This document shows positions 11,160 to 22,985 of a stretch of 64,000 bases of DNA, piece by piece. Under the pieces are notes generated by a model that saw only the letters and a list, made by a program, of their open reading frames with translations, made no database searches and had not been told where the DNA came from. The translations under genes and the position numbers were made by a program. Origin of the DNA: Eledone cirrhosa (lineage: Eukaryota); NCBI GenBank assembly GCA_964016885.1, contig OZ024742.1, forward strand, positions 323,392,001 to 323,456,000, read 5' to 3'. Each line of letters begins with the position of its first letter. Within the stretch, counting starts at the first letter, position 1.

Positions 11160-11840
11160 TGAATAACCTCTATGAGATAATAGTGGAGAACTCCATGTAT
11201 CTCGAGGCCATTTGCATGAATGATAGAAGTCAGGATGCTGAATTAAGTGCAAGAATTGCAGGTGCTAGTGCAGCAATGCACCAGATTCAGCATTCAGTCA
11301 TCAGAAGAAGGGAGGTAGGTGTAAAAGCCAAACACACTATCTTTAATTTGGCATTCATGCCAAACCATAACTATGGTCACAAATCTTGGGAAATACCGAA
11401 AGAATATAATCGCAAATCCAAGCAGCAGAAATGGGGTTCTTCCAAAGGGTTTTTGGAGTAACACTACTCAAATAGAATGTGTAGATGAAAGATCAGCGAG
11501 TCATTCTAGGTAGAGTTGTTACTTCTCTGAAATGAGAGATCACAGTTCCAATACTAAGTACATATGGTCAGAATGTCTAAAGCAAGAATCACTGGACAGA
11601 TTTTACAGGCAAAACCAGCTAGGAGGAGACCCAGGGGTATATCCCAAGCAAGATGATTGGATAACATCCATGAGCTCAGCTGATCATGCTTGGGAATACA
11701 GTCAGATCAATTGGAGACAGTTGCCTCAGGCAAGACCCCTGGAAGGCATGCTTGAGGACTCTTCCACTACAACACTCCCAGGAATAGTGTGCGAAGAAGA
11801 AGAGAGAGCGATAATTTATGTGTTTGAATACATTTACAGT
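11160..11840 (+). mobile_element. Decayed RTE (Expander/Rex3-like) C-terminal fragment with 8-bp TSD
   Basis: Translation ELSARIAGASAAM...RREVGVKAKHTIF...YGHKSW resembles the RTE post-RT domain. It has a gaagaagaag tail and TAGCTAAA at 11152-11159 and 11841-11848. Confidence 0.7.
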
Positions 11841-11894
11841 TAGCTAAACAACTACTGTGAGACAATAGTTTGTCACATGTTATCAATGGTGAAA

Positions 11895-13367
11895 TTATAT
11901 CAGTGGTTGGGTTCTAGAATGAGTATGTTTATGTTTGTTTAACTGAAATCTATAAGCAAATGATTTATCACAGATATCACAGTTATGCGGTTTCTCTCCT
12001 GTATGAATTTTTTTATGTATATTTAGATAGTTTCTTTCAGAAAATGATTTACTACAGACATCACAATTATATGGTTTTTCTCCTGTATGGATATGTTGGT
12101 GTGATGTTAGATGACCTCTTTGAGAAAATGAAATACCACAAATATCACAGCTATATGGCTTCTCTCCAGTATGAACATTTTGGTGTGTAGTTAAATGAGC
12201 TTTCTGAGAAAATGATTTATCACAGATATCACACTGATATGGTTTCTCCCCTGTATGAATTCGTAAATGTTTTGTTAAATGACTTCTTCTAGAGAATGAT
12301 TTACCACAAGCATCACACTGAAATGGTTTCTCTCCTGTATGACTACGCATATGTTCAGTTAGGATATTTATATGAGAAAATGATTTACCACATATATCAC
12401 AAGGATATGGCTTCTCTCCCGTATGTATATATTTGTGAGTAGTTAAGACAGTTTTTTGAGAAAATGATTTATCACATATCTCACAGTGATATGGCTTCTC
12501 ATCTCTATGGATAAGTTTGTGCTTAGTTAAAGAACTGCTTTGAGAAAATGATTTATCACATATATTACAGTGATATGGCTTCTCTCCAGTATGAATCAGT
12601 CTATGTTGAGTTAAGTTACTTTTTCCAGAGAATGATTTACCACAAATATCACAGTGATATGGTTGCTCTCCTGTATGGCTATATTGGTGTGCAGTTAAAT
12701 AGCGTTTTTGAGCAAATGATTTATCACACATGCTACAATGATAAGGTTTCTCTCCTGTGTGAATGCGTACATGTTTCATTAAATTACTTCTTACAGAGAA
12801 TGATTTACCACATACATCACACTGAAATGGTTTCTCTCCTGTATGAATACACATATGTTCATTTAAGATATTTATATGAGAGAAAGATTTATCACAGATA
12901 TCACAGATATATCGCTCTTCTCCTCCAGGAGTACATTTGTGTGAAGTTAAGGTACGTTTCTGAGAGAATGATTTATCACAGATATCACAGTGATATGGCT
13001 TCTCTCCTGTATGAACACGTTTGTGAGTTTTTAAGGTACCTCTTTGAGAAAAAGATTTATGACATATATCACACTGATATGGTTTCTCTCCTGTGTGAAT
13101 CAGTGCATGTTGAGTTAAGTTACTCTTTTCAGTGAATAATTTACCACAAACATCACAGTGAAATGCCTGTTTTCCTGCATGAATATAATGGTGTGTAGTT
13201 AAGTAACGTTTCTGAGAAAATGTTTTATTACAAATACTACATTGGTATGGTTTCTCTCCACTATGAATAAATACATGTTTATTTAAGTTACCTTTTTCAG
13301 AAAATGATTTACCACAGATATCACACTGGTGTATTTTTTGTTCCTTTTTAGATATCAAACCCCTCAT
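11895..13367 (-). CDS. Poly-C2H2 zinc-finger protein (ZNF-B): 17 fingers, intact
   Basis: 490-aa ORF with the same MRGLIS start as ZNF-A, TGEKP linkers and a terminal finger [12 protein letters not shown]. Confidence 0.95.
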   Translation of the reverse strand: MRGLISKKEQKIHQCDICGKSFSEKGNLNKHVFIHSGEKPYQCSICNKTFSQKRYLTTHHYIHAGKQAFHCDVCGKLFTEKSNLTQHALIHTGEKPYQCDICHKSFSQRGTLKTHKRVHTGEKPYHCDICDKSFSQKRTLTSHKCTPGGEERYICDICDKSFSHINILNEHMCIHTGEKPFQCDVCGKSFSVRSNLMKHVRIHTGEKPYHCSMCDKSFAQKRYLTAHQYSHTGEQPYHCDICGKSFSGKSNLTQHRLIHTGEKPYHCNICDKSFSQSSSLTKHKLIHRDEKPYHCEICDKSFSQKTVLTTHKYIHTGEKPYPCDICGKSFSHINILTEHMRSHTGEKPFQCDACGKSFSRRSHLTKHLRIHTGEKPYQCDICDKSFSQKAHLTTHQNVHTGEKPYSCDICGISFSQRGHLTSHQHIHTGEKPYNCDVCSKSFSERNYLNIHKKIHTGEKPHNCDICDKSFAYRFQLNKHKHTHSRTQPLI

Positions 13368-15050
13368 AGTTAATTCTTTTACTGCAATAGCTGTAACTGT
13401 GAAATGATATTGAATCTCTGTTAATTAATTAATGTTGAATTAATTGATTTCCTCATTGATATGAAAGATTTCTTCACCGTCTTCTTCAGTGCTTGATGAG
13501 AGAAATCATATTTTTAACTTGGAACTTATATAAACTCATCTTCAAAACTATTTTCATCACACAACACAAAAATATTTCAGCCAGAAAATATAAAATCTCT
13601 AAAATATTTCTATTTATCAACATAGATTTGATATGAAAATTATTGTCCACAGGTCAGTTAAATATTTATTGTAAATTATTCTAAGGTAAATCTATGCACT
13701 AAATTATCCAAAAGGTATGTGAAAAGTGAAGAATGGACTTCAAAATGTTGTGTCTCAAAGAAGGCGTTATTAATACTAATATTGGTAATAAGCTATATAT
13801 ATCCCAACAAACTAATACCAGCTTGAAAACTGGACAAGTGTAGATGATGATGATAGATTTAACTAAGGATTTATATGAACAGAAATGTGTTGTTGTTGTT
13901 GTTAAACCTGTTCTTCATAAAATTCTCCTTTCATCTTAAAAGATGTTGATAAATCCAGAGTGCAAAATCTTCATGTTCATATCAATGGATACCTTGAAAT
14001 AAAGAAACACTATATAATATATATTTTAAATAATGGTAAAAAGGTAAAAAGAATAAATTATTATGACTAAATTATATAAACAAGCCACACTAATTCAGTT
14101 TGCAGTTATTTGATTAGTGGAAATTACAAACAGAAAAACATAATAATGAAATTTGACTAGTGGAAAGCAATATCCTAAAATATCAATGTAGGTGTTCCAA
14201 ACTTCATAAACAGGTGTTTGTATAAATAATCTATATACAAACCTTTATCTCAACAAAATAATTTTGCATTTCAATTCATTATTAAAATGTGAAGTCTGCA
14301 TTTGTGTTGTTGTTTATGAATTGACAATTAGCATTAATTAAACAAACATATGGCACAAAATAGACAGTCGAACAGCTAGGTCCAATACATTGATCTATTG
14401 TTTCAGATATACCAAGCCTTCAGCTAGCTGATGGATACACTGTATATTCAGACATGCAGTGGTTATTAATTTCATCTACAGTGTAGTAGTCTGGGCATGT
14501 TGCACTGTCAGCCCGGTTCAGTCTAGTTCAAACATTCATAGATACTTATAGTGATCATGAGCAAGGTAGATATGGCAAGAGTGAATCAATTGCTGTTCTT
14601 CGGCAATGGTTATGTGCATCCTAGAACAGTGACTGGACCTAATGAGGCCGTTGATGCAACAATTATTATATTAGTATGCATATGATTGAAGGACTAATTG
14701 CAGATTGAAAGATATGGAGTTGTCTATGATAATGTGCAACAGTTCAAAGATGAATTCATTAATCAATGAGATGGTCAGCCCGTCATCATTACCAAATTCA
14801 GTCACCCAACAGTAACAATATAGTTTTTCATCTTTGTCTGGCTTATCCCCAAATCTGTCTCTCTCATATTGGATTTGTATCATATCAATGTGTTCATAGC
14901 TGATGGCGACCTGTATCATCATCATTGAATTAATGGACAGCCAGCCACCTAGTTTATTTTATAATTGTTTGGACTAAGTGGGAGAGCCAGTGTTGTAGTA
15001 GTAATTCTGGAGTGCTATAGATATGTTTGATGTAAATAGCATTTCATTAT

Positions 15051-15245
15051 TAGGGTGGATTGACAGTATCGGTAGAGGGTCTGATGCCATGCTTTGCAGC
15101 AAAGAGTTACGGCCCTTTATGGTCTAAGTTCAAATCCCACCGAAGTTAACTTTACCTTTCATCCTTACAGGGTCGATAAAATAAAGTACCAGTAATACAC
15201 TGAGATAATTGCTGGCCTTGTACCAAAAGTAGAAACAATTATTAG
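15051..15245 (+). mobile_element. tRNA-derived SINE (same family as 7871-8055)
   Basis: gggtggattgacagtatcggtagag...gttcaaatcccaccg...tttcatccttacagggtcgataaaataaagtaccag...agaaacaattatt. Confidence 0.85.
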
Positions 15246-16385
15246 TTCTCTTTGTAGACTGAAGGATAAAGGTATTATTATAAAAGAGCACCCCTCGATT
15301 TCAGTGGGGAAAAAAATGTTCTTCTCATTCAAAAATATATCAAATCTGGATCAGTTATTTACAGCGATTCTTTAACTACCTACAATATTCCTAACAATTT
15401 GGGATATAAGCAGTTAGCTATAAACCATTCCAAGCATTTTATTGACAGCACAAATACACACAAAAACTTTGAACCGCTTTGAAGGGATTTAAAAGAGTGG
15501 GTCAGAATATCTACACCGGTACCTGACCCAATATTAATTTATCACTTCAATAAAAGACAAAAAAATGTGCTGCACCAATTTTTTTTATTGAGGAAGCCAA
15601 TGTATACCCCACCATCTTCCAGATCGCCAACAAAGGATTAGTATGGATGACGGGATTGATTCTGGTGCAGGAAAAAGTTGCAAACAGACTATAAATCCAG
15701 AAACAGAGTGGCTTTCTACTACATAAGGTAAGTTCAATGCTTTTCAAATCAGATTTGTATCATTTAAACTATTCATTTTTTAATTCTAAGGCCAGTTGGT
15801 TGATATGTTTCGTTAAAACCATCTGAACTTAACCCCCAACTTCTGACATTTGTTGTGAAGTATGCTTAATCAAATATCAATTTTCAAAGTAATATTTGTT
15901 GAAACTACATCAAAATACTCAGGAAAAACAAAAAACAAAAAAAAGGTCGTTTACGGCGTGTTTGGTGGTCAAATTAGTTGATAATATACAAAATAACCGG
16001 GGGTGGGTGGTGGTAGAGAAAACTTCGAAGAGAGAGGTAGGGCACCCTCCTCCATTTTCCAAGAAAAAAGTCGATTGCGAGCATCTAGGAGGTTAGATTA
16101 GTTGATAGCATGTGAAATAAATTAATTAAAAAAATTAAAATAAATTTTTTAAAAAATGAAGAAAAATAATTATTTACCACCAAACGCGAGGTGGTGTAGA
16201 TCTGTGAAACTCCAATGGTTTTGTAGTGAATGCAATCAGACTGATTTAAACTTTTGTTCCCATGTTGGCTAAATAAATCAGTGCTCTGCAGATTGTCAGG
16301 AGATAACGCTAGCTTTAAAAAAAATCAGTCTGTCCATCAGTTTGTCCCAGTCAGTAGAACAAAATAGTTATCAACAGACACTTAC

Positions 16386-16519
16386 TTTGGACCTCTCGGC
16401 CTTAGGGCCAGTGAGCTTTATCAACAAAGATTTGGACCTCTCGGCCTTAGGGCCAGTGAGCTTTATCAACAAAGATTTGGACCTCTCGGCTTTAGGGTCA
16501 GCTAGCTTTATCAACAAAG
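16386..16519. repeat. 45-bp tandem repeat, three copies
   Basis: tttggacctctcggccttagggccagtgagctttatcaacaaaga at 16386, 16431 and 16476. Confidence 0.9.
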
Positions 16520-16711
16520 GTTAGTTATATACAAATTTGAACACATTTACTACAAACAGCCATGCCAAACCATCATACAATTTCACTGTGACTATCTGTT
16601 TTCCCTATATTGTCACAATAACTTCGAAGCAAGTTATTAATTGATAAAATTATTTAAGTAGTGACTATTGTTATTCGTTCATTCAATACTGGGACATACA
16701 CACAACGCTTT

Positions 16712-18850
16712 ATATAATATATAATGAAATTATTGTGTAAAGTGCTCAGGTGCACTACAACTCGTCAAAGGTGCATGTATAGTACATAGAATAATACACA
16801 AATGTCAGGGAAGTGAATAGTGTATGAGTCATGGTATACATGTGTGCATGTGTATGGAGGGGGAACATTAGGTGTAGTGTTGGCGAATCTCGGGAAGCAT
16901 GGAGGTCTTAAAGGATGCAGTGTCTCGACAGCTAACAACTGATGCAGGTAGTTTGTTCCATGCTTCAGCAACTCTGAGCGTGAAAAAATGTTTCCGAAAG
17001 TCATGGGAACTGTGCTGTTTTCTTACTTTGTGGGCATGTCCACGTGTGTGAGACACATGGAAATCAAAAAGGTACTCAGGGTTGTTGTTGGCAAGATGGT
17101 TAATAATGTTGTGGGTGTTTACGAAGTCAGTTGCCAGGCGTCGGAGCTTCAATGTATCCATGCCCAGGGAAGCAAGGCGCTCAGAGTATGGTAGATGCCT
17201 GATGGAGGGTATTCGCTTGGTTGCACGTCTCTGAACAGTTTCCAGGTAGTCAATGTTCTGAGCAAGATAGGGGTTCCAGACTGGTGATGCAAATTCTAAG
17301 TGTGGCCGCACCATAGCCATGTACAGCCTTAAATAGATAGCTGGAGAGCGGCTGACAAAGGTCTTGCTGAGTGATGCTAAGACACCCTCGGCCCTCTTGA
17401 CAATTTTAGAGACGTGCTTTGTCCAACGCAAATCGCTGCTGATTGTAATGCCCAGGTCACGTTCACAAGAAGACTTCTTGATATTAGTGCTGTGGAGGGA
17501 GTATGTGGACGCTGGGTTTTTACTCCCAAAATGCATGGTGGTGCACTTGTCTACAGCTAGCTTGAGTTGCCAGTCTGAGATCCATTGTTGCATTGTGTCC
17601 AGGTCAGACTGCAAGCAAGATCTATAGTGTTTAGGATCTGTCCTTTTTATCTCAAGGTACAGCTTGTCATCTGCATACTGTAGTACTGTGGCATTTTTTA
17701 AGTTGGTATCTATGTCATTAATATATGCCACAAACAAAAGGGGACCAAGAACAGATCCCTGTGGTACACCAGATGACATCTCATATGGTGAGGAATGCTG
17801 TCCCAGAACCGTGACTACCTCTCTTCGACTGAGAATGAAGGACTTCAACCAGTTAAAAAGATCATCCTTCACACCCATTGCAGAGAGTTTTGCCATAAGC
17901 CTTTTGTGTGGCACAGAATTAAAGGCTTTCGCAAAGTCAAGGTAAACAACATCCACCCATGAGCCGCCATCAGTGATCCGGGTGATGTCTTCAAGAAACT
18001 CGATAAGTTGATCACAGCAGCTGGAGTTGGGGATAAATTCAAATTGAGAGGGCCGGATAAGACTGTGAGAGTTCCAGAAGTTCTAAAGTGTTTCTCTGAC
18101 ACAGGATTCCATCAGTTTGGCAATGCTACTAGTAAGACTGACTGGATGATAGTTCACAGGTGATGTGCGGTCACCCTTTTTGAACAGAGGAATGACACTG
18201 GCAGTTTTCCACTGTTCTGGAGTAGCACCGTTGTTCAGACAGAATTGGAAGAAGCGTGATAACTGGTGCAGAAGTAAGTACCCACCACGTTTAAGAAGCA
18301 GGTACGTAACACCATCAAGACCAGGAGAGGCATGGTTGCGTTTATTTTTTAGGTGACGTCGCAGCATTGCAGGTGTAAATTCCATGGTTGTAATAGAGTC
18401 CGGTGTCATAGGTGGTGGAGATGGTACACTCTGGTCTTCAATAGTGAAAATGCATAGCATTCAGCAATGAGCTCTGCGTATTCCTTGGGGTCGTCAGTAA
18501 CCTGGCTTGTGTGGGGATTGTGAAGAGTGTGAGGCCTCTGCTTTGAGTGAACATACTTCCAGAACACCTTACTGTCAGGGCTGGTTGCTATGTGCTGCTC
18601 AAATTGAAACACTGCCTTTTTTGTCACCTGTTTGAGGTGGTTGGACGATGTATTTCGCCTCTTCCTATTAATGTCTGATTTGTGAAGCTTGTACTCACGT
18701 TCAGCATTGCGCCGTTCTTTTCTGGCAAGTCGGACTGCTGCAGTCTCCCAAATTGCACCTTTGGGATGTTTTTTTCCGCTTACGTGGCACTGATGCTGCA
18801 CATGCTGTCCATATTGAGCTCAGGATGTTCTGGGACAGGTCATACACATT
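16712..18850 (-). mobile_element. 5'-truncated, frameshifted CR1-group LINE (RT domain)
   Basis: Minus-strand ORF pieces: SPGLDG, WKTASVIPLFKKGD, DVVYLDFAKAFNSV, SGVPQGSVLGPLLF, YADD, ERDLG, RPHLEFASPVWNP, RGH...FFTLRVAEAWNKLP. Confidence 0.9.
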
Positions 18851-20529
18851 CACCCATCAACCGAAAGTTTACTACTACAAAAATTCATGCCACGCCACAA
18901 TGAATCACTGATCAATTCATACCACAACACAAATAACATCTCATTCACCCCCGCTGCAGTCTTTTTGCCCTTCCCTTTCCTTTTTATACATAGCTAGTCG
19001 TTTCCGACTGGTTTGGATGTTACTACATTCGTTGATAACACGCGAAAAAAAAAAAAAACGGTAGAGAAAACTCCAAAGAGAGGGGGGGGGGGTCCCGTTC
19101 CGTTTTCCGGGGAGGAGGATGTCGATTGCGAGCGGGGAGGTCTACAAATTTACCGGATAAGGATATTAGTCTGCTGATGAGCGGTTAACTAGCTGCGAAA
19201 TATTTGTGTTTTTGTGTGAGGGAGAGAATAACAGAATGTTTTTCACATTTGTTAATATCTAGACTTGCATAACAATTGTTTTGCTCTGTCGTTACTATTT
19301 AAACGAGTAAGTGCCCGTCAATGGATAGTGATATTTATACTAAAAAGGCAGACATATTCAGAAAACATTATTCTTAGACGCTATCCTCTCGAAAAATAAA
19401 ATAGAAGCCAAAATACAAAAAATGGTTTAGTTAGTTCCAACGCGTTTAATGTAGACTTTAAAAAGCTAATTAGTATAGTACAGCTGAAAGTAGTCAAACA
19501 TCAACATTACATACTTAAAGGCTCGCCGCTGTATTTATTTTCCTTTTCTGTTAGCATCCTTTGTATATACAACATATAAATATATACAAACGTAGTTAAA
19601 ATTAGATTAGACTTTTAATCTCAATATATTAATAATACTTACAGAGTCCGAATGTGAAATATTGTAGATAGATGCCCTCACACCACCAGACGAGCTTAAA
19701 TTAAGCATCACTAAAAATAACTACCTGGTCTTGAATTCCTTTCCACACAACAGCCAAAAGGTTAACACCAGCAGTGTCTTTGTACGCCAATAAGTACAAA
19801 GATCTAAACAAGTTTATCTCACATCTGATAAATCGACAATGTTTAAGAATAGCTCTATCTTAAATAGAATGTTATACGTGAATGGGTTTATAGAAAAGTG
19901 TGGAAACGGACAAGATAATGTTACATAAACAAGAGAGAGGGGTAAGGAAGTTATACAGTTTATTATTAGTCTTTTCTTTGTCGTCTGCAGCTAACAGACC
20001 AATATTTGTTTAATGTCAACAGGCATTTGAAGAGGGAGGAAGCAGACAAAACATGTTTTGGGAAGGGGAGACAAAAGATAAATGTGATTTGTTAAAATTA
20101 ATTTTAAAATAATTTTTTTTTTAATTGCATCTTTATTATTAGAAATTTCTCCTAAAATATTCATGTAATTTTCCTAATCAGTTTGCAATTTTACATCTGT
20201 AAAATAATTTGCAACAACATCAGCCCAAGTGTGTCTAACGGAAATAGATCCGCAGACAAACAAACCACCAAGCAAATTAGCCCCGCCCTCCTCAAACGTC
20301 AATCTTGTTGACATCTATATATATATATAAAACTGTTGTCTGTGTGTGTGTGTCCTATCTAAAGTTACTAACTGCAGCTTTTATTTTTCAATTTTCTGTT
20401 GTTAAAGGAGTGTTAGGCGCTGGTTATCGATCTCCAACGAGCCCCTATAAAATCTGTCTGTATGTCTGGCTGTCTGCATAACGACATTCTGACGAACACG
20501 TCATTGCTGACGTATTATCTTTGCTACAT

Positions 20530-20568
20530 TCACATACACACACACACATATATATATACATATATACT

Positions 20569-20614
<46 letters not shown>

Positions 20615-20690
20615 TACATATATACATATACACATACATATATACATATACATATATATATACATATATATATACATATATATATGTTAT
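20530..20690. repeat. (TA)n/(CATA)n microsatellite
   Basis: Read directly; C-containing variants are on the + strand here. Confidence 0.95.
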
Positions 20691-20716
20691 TCCGGGTTGA
20701 ATCGGAGGTAACCACA

Positions 20717-21261
20717 GTAAGTAGTGGTATTTATATCTTTTCTTTTCTGGTGATAGGAGAGGGTGGGGATTGGGATGGGTGGAGGTCATTGTTTGAAGGA
20801 TTTAAAGAAAAGGGAGTTCATTAAAAGCTAATTCTTTAAAGCTATAGTATTAACAAAAGCAAGAAGTATACTGTAAACAAAATCATATTTGGAATACCAA
20901 AGGGGAATCACCCCAACACTTGAATCTGTTGATGGAACCCTCTCTGCCTTTATCACCCTTATTCCAGCCTTAAAGAATTAGCTTCTAAAGAATTTCCCTT
21001 TTCTTTAAACCATTGAACCCCACCCATCCTGTAGACACCTGTTTTACAGGCATTGTTTGTCTAAGTGATAAACTAGGATTGGTATTCCAAATATGATTTT
21101 GTTTACAGTATTCTTCCTGCTTTTGTTAATACTATAGCTTTAAATAATTAGCTTTTAATGAACTCCCTTTTCTTAAATCCTCCAACCAATGACCTCCACC
21201 CATCCCAATCCCCACCCTCTCCTACCACCAGAAAAGAAAATATATAAATACCACTACTTAC
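20717..21261. repeat. Long inverted repeat (~183-bp arms, ~180-bp spacer)
   Basis: gtaagtagtggtatttatat...atcatatttggaatacca (20717-20899) is nearly the reverse complement of tggtattccaaatatgat...atataaataccactacttac (21080-21261). Confidence 0.9.
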
Positions 21262-21271
21262 TTGGACAGCC

Positions 21272-21322
21272 AGCTCCCTGATGATTTCTCACGAAGGAAA
21301 CAGTTCTAGTCCTGTAGAAGTT
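21272..21322 (+). ncRNA. Candidate type I hammerhead ribozyme
   Basis: agctcc-CTGATGA-tttc(tcac)gaag-GAA-acag(ttctagtc)ctgt-A-gaagtt. Stems II and III pair, stem I has one mismatch, and the triplet is GUA. Confidence 0.55.
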
Positions 21323-21339
21323 CTTCTATATTAAAACTA

Positions 21340-21627
21340 TGTAAACAAACATAGATGGTAATGCAACAGAAAGAGAGGAAGAGAAGAAACAAGTCCGTGA
21401 TATCTATGAACTTAAGTTCTGTGAAATCATAGACGAGAGATAAAGACCATCCGACCTGGGTGAGATGTGAGCGAGAAAAGGATATATATATATATATACA
21501 CATAGACATATACAAACACATATACAAATATATAGATATACACATATACACATATATAAATACACACATAAAAATATATGTATACACACACATATATATA
21601 TATATGCACACATACACACACACACAC

Positions 21628-21715
<88 letters not shown>

Positions 21716-22595
21716 AATGGCGTGCTGCCTGGTTGATAATTGGTTACATATGAATAAAATTAGTCTTTCATCAGTGATCTTCCAACCTTCATTGGTATTT
21801 CTTCGCTTTAAAGATCATATACCTCTAGTTGGTGCGAGCAATAACTAAAGAAAGTTATTGGGACACGTAAAATAGGGTGAAGCGAGCGAGACATGTAAAC
21901 AAACATAGATGGTAATGCAACAGAAAGAGGGGAAGAGAAGAGACAAGTCCGTGATATCTATGAACTTAAGTTCTGTGAAATCATAGACGAGAGATAAAGA
22001 CCATCCGACCTGGGTGAGATGTGAGCGAGAAAAGGATTTCACGCAGGTCAAACGGGAAGAAGTGAGATAGGGGGAATAGCAGAGAGTGAGTGAGTGAAAG
22101 TGTGAGGAAGAGGCCAGCTGAGAGAGAGTGAATGGCTATACCTCAGGTTGGTGCGAGAAATAACTAAAAAAAAGTTATTGGGACACGTAAATTAGGGTGA
22201 AGCGAGCGAGACATGTAAACAAACATAGATGGTAATGCAACGGAAAGAGAGATAGAGAAGAAACAAGTCCGTGATATCTATGAACTTAAGTTCTGTGAAA
22301 TCATAGACAAGAGATAAAGACCATCCGACCTGGGTGAGATGTGAGCGAGAAAAGGAGTCTTTATCTCTCGTCTGTGATTTCACAGAACTTAAGTTCATAG
22401 ATATCACGGACTTGTCTCTTCTCCTCCTCTCTTTCCGTTGCATTACCATCTATGTTTGTTTACATGTCTCGCTCGCCTCACCCTATTTTACGTGTCCCAA
22501 TAACTTTCTTTAGTTATTGCTCGCATCAACCAGGGGTATATGATCTTTAAAGCGAAGAAATACCAATGAAGGACTAATACTGATGAAGGACTAAT

Positions 22596-22600
<5 letters not shown>
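21340..22600. repeat. ~215-bp unit in three direct copies plus one inverted copy
   Basis: atgtaaacaaacatagatggtaatgcaac...gtgagcgagaaaagga at ~21340, 21893 and 22213. 22357-22600 is nearly the reverse complement of ~21759-22000. Confidence 0.85.
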
Positions 22601-22672
<72 letters not shown>

Positions 22673-22924
22673 GGTCGCTTTAACTCGTCTTTTATTATTC
22701 AAAAAACTTCTTGCCAATAAACATTAACCCTTTGTGCGCCATTCATCTAACTGTAGACCAATAAATACCAAGTAAACAAGAACGATGGCGAATTAATCTT
22801 CGAGGTAAGCAGTTTCCTCCCGAGCTGTTAGTTCATGCGGGATTCTCTGCTACACCTTTTCGTAATAATACCGAACAACGTACTGCTGGTCACTCCTTCC
22901 TCCAAAAGCCGTACAAAGCATCTA

Positions 22925-22940
<16 letters not shown>

Positions 22941-22985
<45 letters not shown>

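Noticed and set aside
12548-13135. Antisense ORFs over the ZNF genes ([13 protein letters not shown] repeats; also 3773-4000, 11960-12190, 28287-28679)
   Set aside because: Shadow frames of the repetitive finger codons.
14671-14925. ORF containing EKLYCYC, reminiscent of a PHD finger start
   Set aside because: The remaining PHD Cys/His ligands are absent and there is no other support.
16342-16524. 60-aa ORF with DLDLSALGPVSFINK repeats
   Set aside because: A by-product of the 45-bp tandem repeat, with a non-ATG start and no coding evidence.
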